Assembly: GCA_013239625.1 (NCBI GenBank)
Contig: MU054049.1
Span: 11,015-75,014 of the forward strand
Length of the DNA stretch: 64,000 nucleotides
Source: Lama guanicoe
Taxonomy: Eukaryota
Reading direction: 5' to 3'
Part shown: positions 38,392 to 48,700 of the stretch, piece after piece
Layout of the letters: every line of letters begins with the position of its first letter
How positions within the stretch are numbered: position 1 is the first letter of the stretch
The notes under the pieces: generated by a model
The model's database searches: none
What the model saw: the letters and a program-made list of their open reading frames with translations, nothing else
What the model was told of the DNA's origin: nothing
Position numbers and translations under genes: made by a program

Positions 38392-40069
38392 TCATTTTCA
38401 CCACCTCTGCTCTTGTCTCAATTCTGAACATCCGTCATCCTGCTCTCCTGGGACAAGCCCTCTGTGATACCCTGAGATGTGGTCTTCAGCTCATGGGGCT
38501 GTGGGCCTGGACCCAGAAAGCTCCGTTGGGCACCTGGCCTGTATCAGCCTCAGGGTGAAGGGTGAGCCCAGCCTCCTCCTCCAGGTACGTGATGGGAGGG
38601 AGGGCAGCAGCCGGGTTCGGGGCCCTTGGACAGCCCTGCGCACAGCCTGTGCCGGCATCTTGGGAGCAGTGCGCGCTCCCTTCCACCAGATTCTCTCCTT
38701 CTTCCCTTGTGTCCAGCTGCCCTTCAGCCCCATTCAGGGGCTGCTGTGCAGCAGACCCCCCTCTGTCCCAGGCGCTGCCCATCTCAAAGCGGGGCTTCAG
38801 AACTCTAGCAGGTCTCCAAAGGGAAAGGCGTGGTGATGGTTTTAGATTTTTGAGCAGAAGACACTTCAAAATAAAGGAATTTTTTCTGTCCAGGTAGCAG
38901 CCTCTTCTGTTTCCCAACACCTTGTACCCTAATTCTTCCAACAGTTACAACCACAGGATGAAAATGAAGCTATAGAAAGGACTAAAATTGGCTTGCAGGG
39001 CCATATTTCCCATGGACAGTGCTGCTGCCCACCAGAAGTCCAACAGCCTGTGGGATACCAAGCCTTTCCGGAACAGAGAACGTTCTCTCTGGATGAAAAG
39101 TTATACACCAGGTGGTCCTGTGGCTCCAGAGAGAGAGAGAAGCTAGTAAGACAGGCGCCTGCCGGAGAAGGCCGGTGGGGCTGAGCATGGAGAGGGCATC
39201 TGACTGTGGGAGGCTGACAAGGGCGCACAGGTGGATGGGACCTGCTCTGGGGAGGGCGGGTCTGGGAGCACCATGCGATGCTTGGCACAGCTGCTTTCAG
39301 AGAAACTGGACACTGACCTTTAGGCAGCAATTCTACTTTGGTCTTAATTCCAGGGAATTCTTGGCGCAGGGTGGTCCCTACAATGTGACTTGTAATATCG
39401 ACTTATTAGAAGCAATCTAAATATTGACCAAGGGAGACTAATGAAGTCAATTGGCCCATCTATGCAATGGGACACTGTGCAGAGATTGGGAAATTATTAT
39501 CTACTGCATGATCCCATTTTGAAAAATTTCCTTGTAAATTTAGGTAAGTATTTACATGTAAAAGACAAACTATTTGTGCTTGTTACCTCTGGAGACAGTG
39601 GATGGGACACCAGGGAACCTTATCATGGTGGAGGGACAGCAGCTACGCAGGCTGGTTGCAGGAAGGTCCCTGTCTGCCCAGTGTGTCCTGTCTTCATCCT
39701 GCAGGTCCTCCTGCCCCACCCACCCCCACAGAGGGTCTCCCGGCCACGACGCAAACCTGGAGGCCAGACCTCAGAGGGACGCCCTGCTTTGCACTGTGTC
39801 CAACTATGGCCACCACCGCTGTGCCCCACCTGCTGGGCTTCTTTGCAGACACTCACTGGGCCCAGTCACATACAGGAAAAAGAGGGACCAGGTGCCGCCA
39901 CCTCCAGCCTACTCCCGGGGTCAAGGCCCCAAGTCAATCCAAACCCAGCAAACACATAGGAGGGAGGAATCCCCAAACCACGTTGCCAAGTGCCCCAGGC
40001 CAGACACCGTGTTCATCCCACGTGAAGGAGGGGAGGAGATGTTCTGAAGCAGCAAACTAGCCTGTTGAG

Positions 40070-40561
40070 TGATAACAATCAAATGTGTATTTTAAGGCAG
40101 GACAAAGAAGTTGAAGAGTAAAATCCTCTCCCGCGTTCGCCACTGGGGTCTCCTCCCTTCCCTCCCTCCTGTGCGGTGAGTGTCTGCATTTCACACGCAC
40201 GAACCAGAGCTGCTCAAAGATGGGAGCACCCCCCTTGACCATAAAAGATGCATTTTTTTCCTCGCTTTGTTCTTTTCCCAACTCGATAGGGGCTCAGAGT
40301 GACTTACTGCTCACTTTGGACATGTTCACCTGGATTATGCACGTATCCTTGGCAAACTTTATGGGAAATACCAATATGTTATTTTGATGGCCCTTTCTTT
40401 GTCTTGCAAATGCATCTCACTATACTTCTGACTTCTAAGAGGTGGAAAGGTTCTCAGAGCTTCCTGAGAGGCCGTCTCCTGGGTATTAATCTTCAGCTTG
40501 GCTCCAATAAAATTTCACATTTTTCTTCTTAACTTGATTTTTAATTGAATTTTCATCAACA
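40070..40561 (+). mobile_element. Solo LTR (ERV1-like) specific to copy A
   Basis: TG...CA termini; TSD TGAG/GGAG; AATAAA near 40506; empty site in copy B near 18345. Confidence 0.8.
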
Positions 40562-42809
40562 GGAGGAAACAATCACAGATCAGCTTCCTCTGAGGCTGAG
40601 GTCAGAACGACCAGGGAAGGGATCCGAGGGGACTTTCTGGGGACAACTGTAGTGTTCTCAGTCTTCATGGGGTTTGGGATTAACAGGTGTCATGTCAGAA
40701 CTAATCAAATGATACACTTACGTTTGCTGCATTTCAAAAAGAGAACTCAACCAAAATTGTTCCTCAGTTAAAAGAGATGCAGAATGAAGGGCTTGGGGGT
40801 GAGGAAGCCCCGTGATAAATGATAAAAGAAATGCTGTCAGAAATCACAAATCCGGGTAATGGGGGTAAGGGTGTCCAATGTACCATGGTTTCCCCTTTGC
40901 TGGAGGTTTAAAATTTTTCATACTGAGATGACGGAAAAAATCAATGAACTGAACGACAAAAGTTAAAAAACAAAGCCATGAAACAGTGAGCATGAGACAG
41001 TGAAACAGAAATCACGGTACATACTGGCCAACAAATGAATAATAACAGGAATGGACCAAGGGCTGAGAGAAGCCAGGGGGCCAGCGGACCAGAAAAGGCT
41101 TCAGGATTAAGGTGTCCTGGGGGTAAGGTCTAAAAGGCTGGGTGGGCTGCACCCTGTAACGCTGAGGAAGGTTTTGCAGGAAGCCTAGTCCCCCATGCCC
41201 CGCACTCCCCCATCTCTGTAGCAGGTGGGCTCAGAGCAGAGGCTGGACCTTGGGGGGCCCGGCTGTCTGGCTAGGGGGCCTCAGGCTCCCCGGTCAGGCT
41301 GGGTTAGGGAAGTGGCTCTCTCAGTCCCTCGGGCCCTGGGCACAGGATGGGCTGGAGCACAGGCCTGGAGGCAGGGAGGCCAGCAGAGCCCTCTGCCCAG
41401 CCCAGGAGGGAGCCCGAGAGGCAGGGGAGGCCGAGTGTCTCCTGCTCACCCCCTCCTGGCCTCCTCACACCGGCCCACTGACTTCTTCAGAGCAACACAC
41501 TGATGAACAGCTCTGACTTTACTGGGGTCCAGGTTCCTGCCCTGAGCTTTCCCTCCAAGGGACTGTCATGCTGTGTGGCAGCTTTCGACAAGATGACAGC
41601 AGTTTTAAAGGTCAGAGCAGTGCTGCTGGGCCACGCAGGCAGAGGGGGTGCAGCGGGCACCTGTCATCTCGGCTGGGCCACCCCAGGTCATAGGTGACAA
41701 CTGGCATCCTCTCCTGGGGTTTGACAGGCCTGTGTGTGTCCCAGGGACACAAGCAGAGACCTGCAGCTGCACGTGGCACCAGAGAAGCAGGGAAGGACCC
41801 TCCGTGTGTGGGGTCTCTGGCCTACGTCCACCCCAGCCCTGGGGGTCCCAGGGTCAGAAGACAGGAGGAGTCTGACAGCTGCCAGCAATTGCGGGCTCAG
41901 CTGGGGCCCCTTCCCCCTGGATGTTCTTAAATGGCTTCCCCCACAAGCTGGGCTGACATGGGGGTGGGGGCGGAGCCGTGGTCAGTGATGGAATCTGAGC
42001 ACCAGCTCCCATGGGTGAGGGGTCCCAGCTTCTAGATCCTGTGCGGGTCACTGTGGAATCCACTGGTCTATGTCTCACTGCACATCTGACAGTGGGTCTT
42101 GCTATTTCTACCACTAGGGGGCGGAAATGGAGCTCACAGATAGTCAGCAGTTTGCCCAGGTTTGTGCCCATGGGCAGCAGAGCTTAGGAACAGACACTAC
42201 TCTGTCTGACCCCCGGCCTCGTGCACTGCAGCCCTGCAGTTCGGAGCATGGGGCCAGGCCCAGCTCCCGGGTCCGCGTCCAGCTGCATCTGGCTGAGTGC
42301 TGGTCCCTGTGGAAGCGTGTGCTCGCCCCCTCACCTCAGCTGCACAAACCCCAGTGATGTGGACGCACGAGCTGGCACACACAGCTCACTCCAGAGACAG
42401 GGCTCCTGTCAGAAAAGAACCTGCACAGGGTCCTCACCGCACTGATGCGGGGACCCTCCCAGGGGAGAGAGGGCAGCCTTGTCCAGTTCCAGACCTCAGG
42501 GAGAGGCCTTCCCCATCTAACCGCTGGGTGTAATGCTGGCTGTGAGTATTCACGTGATGCCTTTGTCAGGCTGTGTTCCCAGTATGATGCTGGAATCGAA
42601 CTGTGTCCAGTTCTTTTCTTCATCTGTTGAGACAATCATGTTTCCCTTCTCCATTTGCTGCTGTGGTAATTTACGCTGATAAATTAAATATAGAATCAGA
42701 CTCGCATTTCTAGAGTGATCCATAATTAATCTTAATATTTTGTCCTTCTTATATATTGTTGGTTTCATTTGCTAGTGTTATGTTCAGGGTTTAAAAACTA
42801 TCTTTTCTT

Positions 42810-44090
42810 TTCTTTTTTTCTTTAAAATTTTTTATTGAGTTATAGTCATTTTACAATGCTGTGTCAAATGCCAGTGTAGAGCACAGTTTTCCAGTTATAC
42901 ATGAACGTACGTATATTCATCACATTCTTTTTTGCTGTGAGCTACCACAAGATCTTGTATATGTTCCCCTGTGCTATACAGTATAATCTTGTTTATCTAT
43001 TCTGCATATGCCTGTAAGTATCTACAAATTTTGAACTCCCAGTCTGTCCCTTCCCGCCCCCCTCCCCTTTGGCAACCAAAAGTTTGTATTCTATGTCTAT
43101 GAGTCTGTTTCTCTTTTGCATTTAACATTTATGTTTTTTTTAGATTCCACATATGAGCAATCTCATATGGTATTTTTCTTTCTCTTTCTGGCTTGCTTCA
43201 CTTAGAATGACGTTCTCCAGGGATATACATGTTGTTGCAAATGGTGTTATGTTGTCATTTTTATGGCTGAATAGTATTCCATTGTATAAATATACCACAT
43301 CTTCTTTATCCAGTCATCTGTGGATGGACATTTAGGCTGTTTCCATGTCTTGGCTATTGTAAATAGTGCTGCTATGAACATTGGGGTGCAGGTGTCTTTT
43401 TGAAGTAGGGTTCCTTCTGGATATATGCCCAGGAGCGGGATTCCTGGGTCATATAGTAAGTCTATTCCTAGTCTTTTGAGGAATCTCCATACTGTTTTCC
43501 ACAGTGGCTGCACCAAACTGCATTCCCACCAGCAGTGTAGGAGGGTTCCCTTTTCTCCACAGCCTCTCCAGCATTTGTCATTTGTGGACTTTTGAATGAT
43601 GGCCATTCTGACTGGTGTGAGGTGATACCTCATCGTAGTTTTGATTTGCATTTCTCTGGTAATTAGTGATATTGAGCATTTTTTCATGTGCCTATTGATC
43701 ATTTGTATTTATTCCTTGGAGAATTGGTTGTTTAGGTCTTCTGCCCATTTTTACAAAAATAAACTCAAAAATGAATCAAAGACTTAAACATAAGACAAGA
43801 TACAATAAACTTCATAGAAGAAAATATAGGCAAAACATCATCTGACATACATCTCAAAAATGTTCTCCTGGGGCAGTCTACCCAAGCAATAGAAATAAAA
43901 GCAAGAATAAACAAATGGGACTTAATTAAACTTACAAGCTTCTGCACAGCAAAGAAAACCATAAGTAAAACAAAATGACCAGCTACGGAATGGGAGAAAA
44001 TTTTTGCAAATGATGAAACGACAAAGGCTTCATCTTCAGAATATGTAAGCAGCTCATGCGACTTAATAAGAAAAAAAAAACAACCCAATA
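42810..44090 (-). mobile_element. L1 with 5' inversion (twin priming)
   Basis: Minus segment 42810-43751 with ORF2 C-terminus (ORF 43247-43702); plus segment 43752-44090 with upstream ORF2; CTATCTTTTCTT on both flanks. Confidence 0.92.
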
Positions 44091-44594
44091 AAAAAACCTA
44101 TCTTTTCTTATTTCTTAATTAAACTTTTGGTTTTGAGTTTTAAAAAAGTAATTACACAAAACTTACAGGGGTAATTATTTCCCAGTAAATGTATGTCAAG
44201 TTATTGCGTGGTTTACCTTAAATTTATACAGAGCTGTATGTCAAATATATCTTAATTAAAATGGAAGAAATGGGAATTACACACATATTCACACCACAAC
44301 CCCCAGCAGACACACCTCACATAAACATACTTTTAATTTCATACTCAGGGCACGATCACATACCTGACACATTTCTGTAAAACTCCTCAGGCACACACAC
44401 ACACACACTCAGACACCATGTTCATGGGCGTGCGTGCGTGCACACACACACATATTCATACACACTCTATTCACAACACAATACCAACCCCACACACACT
44501 CACACCACACTCACACAAGCAGGCACACTCAGGCACATTCACACCATACATACACAAACACCATCCTGCCTAGGACAGTGACCCCAGCACGTAC

Positions 44595-44655
44595 CTCCCA
44601 CACGGGCATAGAATGTGTCACCACCCATACCTTCCTGACAGGAATTTCCCACCAG
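44595..44655 (-). pseudogene. Copy A exon 9 (61 nt)
   Basis: LVGNSCQEGMGGDTFYARVG; AG/GTACGT; same position relative to the CA tract as in copy B. Confidence 0.8.
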
Positions 44656-46777
44656 CTGGAACACAGGGATGGTGGCAGGGTCAGGGAGAGTGACAGGCTG
44701 GCTTCTCACTGTGGGCATAAGAGATTCTGATGTGCGGTGCGATATGAGAGCCCTGGCCTTCCCAGCCCAGCCCAGGAGGAGAGGGCAGGTAACAATGGCC
44801 AGCAGAGGCCAAACCAGGACTTGCCTAGTCTAGCCAGACACCTGTCTTGGCACTTTTGGGAAGATTTCCATTTTCTCGATCACACCCCGAAATACGCTGG
44901 AACTCTCAGCCCTCCCCAGCCTCCTGCCCAGGACCCACGTTGCCAGGTGAAGTTCTCGCCTGTGTGGGCTCTCCCTGGTGCTGCCCCTCCAGTGCTGCTC
45001 CCAGCTCGGCTCATAGTGGGACCCCAGGCCCCTGGCACCCTCAGCAATCCCTTCTGCTCTTAAAATACCCCCTCAACCTCTGAAAGCCCCTTCACCTCTT
45101 CCCAGTTCTCGCTGACCAAGCCATCACCCCTGGGGCTTCCTAGTCCCTGTGCTGTCTGGATTCTCCAGCACCCAGAGCAAGCCCCTGTGTGGCCTGTGCC
45201 ATCTTCATCCTGCTCTCCCTAGTGGACAAGGCTCAGAAAGCACCATCCCTGGCCACAGTCCTGGCCCCACCTTCTCTGCAGACCCACCAGTCACACCTCT
45301 TATCAGGCTCCATTGGCCACTTCTGGACTCACCCTGCACACCAGAGCTGACTACAGCCCTCTGCCACACACTCCTAAACTCCTAGGCTGTGGGACACTTT
45401 TGGGAATGCCCAACCCCAGGCTCAGCTTCTGGTAAGATTCTGTGGGCTCCTCCTGAGCAGAAGCATTAGGACCATGGTTGATTTTGAGATGTCTTCTTAG
45501 GTGCATGCCCCCCGCCCCCACACCCTCAGGATTTCACATATTTTCAGCTCCTCTGAGCTCCCCTCTCTCTCTCCTGAACCCTGTGTCATGGAAGACTTCC
45601 CCTCCTTCTCTCCAGAGAAGAACAGGGAGGACTTCCATGAGCTTCACCAAAGCTCTCTTGGTCCCGGCCTTGAGCCCCTGCCTTGGAGAAGTCAGTGGTC
45701 TTCCTCTCCCCCACGAGCAGCTCCTCCACCAGAAACCCACATCCAGTCCCCACTGCCTCTCTTTCTGCCTCTTGCCAGAGTCTCTCCTCGCAGACTTGCT
45801 TTCTTTTACTTCAAACCTACTCCAGTCTCTCTCCTAAAATTGAACCACACACATGCACACAACTTTGCCTTCCTCCAGCTCACTGAGTAGGAAGTCCAGT
45901 CCCTTCTCCTGGGAGCCAGTCTCGGGGAGTGCTGTCCTCAGGCACTAGGACCCCCCACACTCCCTCCCTTGCAGCCTTGCTGTTCCGGCTCACCTGCTGC
46001 TCCTGGCTTCTCTCCAAGGTCCTGAAGAGTGGCTCTGTGCCACAATTCCTGGATGCATCCAGTCCCAAATGTCCTCATCCTATCTTTGGTGCTTCACCCA
46101 CTGAATGGGGTTCCAGTCACTTGCATCATGGGAATCTTAACCTCCCAGCTACTCAGAAGCTCCATACTGTCCCACCTCGAGGACTTTGTGCCCACTGCTG
46201 GGCCCATCTATGGCCCACCTCTGCTGCTGGTGTATCATGCCTCCCCCCTGCACCCTAGCCTAGCCTGGTGTTCCGAACCACACTCAGGAAGTCTCCTGTC
46301 TCAATCCCACCAAGGGACCCAGATCCCCTTCCCTGAAGTCTCCAGCACTTTAACATCGCCCATCCCTCCCTCCCTGGTTCTGACTCTGTCTCCTCCTCAC
46401 CCGGCACAGAGCAGGGAGTGGCACACACAGCAGCTGGCCAGTATTCATAAAGGACCCACACATCTGCTCCACCAGATCAAGGAGATCCCCTCAGCCAGAC
46501 TGAGCTGAGAAAAGGGAAGGGCACCATCAGGACAGGTGGAGGGCAGGGCTTAGAGGGGGCAGAGATGGTCTAGCAGCACAGGCGTCTGCCAGTGCCAGTG
46601 CAGCCATGGGTCAGTGGGAGCCAGGGAGCTGGGGCTGGGGGTTCAGGTGGGCACTGGGGGGAGCCCACCCAGCCCAGCCTGTACCCAGTGAATCCCCATG
46701 GGGTTTCCAGGAACCTCTCAGCTCCTGCCTCTCCCTGAGGCCCTTTGATCCCTTGGGGGGATCAAAGCAAAACTTAC

Positions 46778-46849
46778 CTGTCTGAGGTGAGGGGCATGAG
46801 GATGTTGCCATATTGCGAGTAGGTGATGAAGGACACCTGCAGTTCATGG
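46778..46849 (-). pseudogene. Copy A exon 3 (72 nt, vWA)
   Basis: HELQVSFITYSQYGNILMPLTSD; AG/GTAAGT intact; paralog of 25403-25474. Confidence 0.88.
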
Positions 46850-47067
46850 CTGGGGAGGAAGCACGTGTATGTAAGAAGCTCAAAAGTATACCCCTGAGCC
46901 ATGAGAAAGGGGTATATTCCAATTTCCCTGTTCCCCACCCCAACTCTTCTGTTTGGGCCCCATTTCCCAAATCTTGGAATTTCCCATTCCTTTTGTAAAG
47001 GGTTGGGAGGCCTGTAAGATGTGCTGTCTTGCTGGTATCGTGTTCCACCCCTACCCCCCAGCACCCT

Positions 47068-47165
47068 GAGGCGGGGACACAGTGAAGGTGGCCATCTGCA
47101 ACCCAGGAAGCGAGGCCTCATCAGAAACCAACCCTGCTGACGCCTTGACCTTAGACTTCCAGTCA
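47068..47165 (+). mobile_element. MLT1 LTR fragment
   Basis: GGCCATCTGCAACCCAGGAAG...CCTTGACCTTAGACTTCCAG. Confidence 0.7.
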
Positions 47166-48089
47166 CTGTCTCTTGAAACTCTCTCCTTTTATCCGGGTTC
47201 AGTTTCTCTCCTTCCGAAATACGTTCTTTAGGAGTTTGTGCGCCAAGGATGTGAGGGTGTTAAACTTAGGCTTTATACCTCTGAAAATACCTGTTTTGTG
47301 CTCACTCTTGAATAACAGTTCAGTTAGTTACAGAAATCTACGTGGACAAATTATTTTCAAGGTTACCCTAGAAGTTCCATAATTTCACTAAGGCTGTGTG
47401 ACTGCACATTAGGGATTTGATTTCTCATGTCCATATTCATTAATAAGCTCTCTTCAAAGAAGAAAAGTTTTGCTCTGGGGATTATTACCAAGAGCTTTAA
47501 TGTCTGTTCTGAATGTCACATTCCCCACCTTTTCCCACCTCAGACTCATTATAATTTTGTTCCTTTACAATCGTATCTGTGTAACAGATGCTCCAAAACC
47601 TTGGGGAGAAGCACAGAGCTTTGTCACCTTATGTCCCTTCTCCTTCTCAGGGGCATTCAGGACGTTTACTGAGTAAATGGAGGAAGGAAGGAGCAGGGAC
47701 TTAGGGCTCCCTCTCATGGAGTCTCTCTTCCCCAATCTAATCCGCTCCGCCCATCCCCTGGGCTCAAACAAGGTGACCCACACAGCTGGCTGCGCTTGCA
47801 ACAAACAGTTCTGGTTACCTGAGACTCCATCCCATCTCCTCTCATCTTCCCTACAGGTGGCAGTCCTAGACAGTCCAAGCCCTGATGTGAATGTAGCCAT
47901 TCCTGCCAGTCCCCACCCTTCAGGCCCCGGTTTGTTCCACCCTCTCGAGGTAGTTAAGTTCCCTGACACCTTTGCATTCTGTGAAGTCACAGAACTCCCC
48001 TTCATCTGGCACAAAGCTACCGTTTCAGAACTGAGGAGGCTCAGGAAAGGCAGAGAGGCCGAGGGTCAGCTCCAGTGAAGTCTGGGAGA

Positions 48090-48700
48090 GTCTCAGGACG
48101 CTGCAAAGATGGAGCTTGTGCGGCCGCTCAGGCTTGAGGGGGAAGGGGAGTCCAGGGCGCTGACGGGGTCTCTGGGCAGCGCACGAAGAATCTGCCGCCG
48201 CGGGGCGCGGACCACCTGCACTGACATCCTGGCTGTCACCTGGGTCTCAGAGACCCAAAAGGAGAGAAGTCGCGGGGCACAGGAAGGCGGGTGAGCAGCG
48301 GCGAGCGCAGCCTCCCAGAAGGAGTCCAGATCCCCCGCCAGCGGCGCCTCGGAAGCGGGTCTCCCAGGCGCTCCACTCCGCCGGTTCGGCGCGCTCGCAG
48401 GCCCCTCCCGGAAGGCCGCGGGTCTCGGAGGAGCGGGGCGGTCCCCGAGTCCCGCCCCGGAGGCGGGGCGGTCCCCAAGGCCCCGCCCCGGAGGCGGGGA
48501 CAGCCCGGGAAGGCGGGGCCCGGCCGGCCCCCAGGGCTCGCACGCCTAGTTCCGATCCGCGAGTCGGCGCCCCGGACCTGGAGGCGGCGGGGGCTGCCAG
48601 CGCGTCCCCAGCGCCCAGCGCCGCGGGAGAGCCGAGGTGAGACGCGCTGTCCTGCCCCCCGGGTTGGGGCCGCGGGTGGGCGTGGGGGTCGAGAGTCATC
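48090..48700. promoter_or_regulatory. CpG island, probable ZNF488 promoter
   Basis: Very high GC and CpG density; multiple GGGCGG boxes. Confidence 0.85.
48545..48636 (+). other. ZNF488: Putative non-coding exon 1 of ZNF488
   Basis: GAG|GTGAGA donor at 48637 just downstream of the GC boxes; start approximate. Confidence 0.5.

Larger units (their letters stand above)
29858..46849 (-). pseudogene. ANTXRL-like copy A, fragmentary pseudogene
   Basis: Exons 3, 9, 10, 11, 12, stalk/TM and juxtamembrane found; exons 1-2 and 4-8 not found; stop codon, frameshift and donor mutations. Confidence 0.85.

Noticed and set aside
43247..43702. 151-aa ORF
   Set aside because: L1 ORF2 C-terminal fragment, not a host gene
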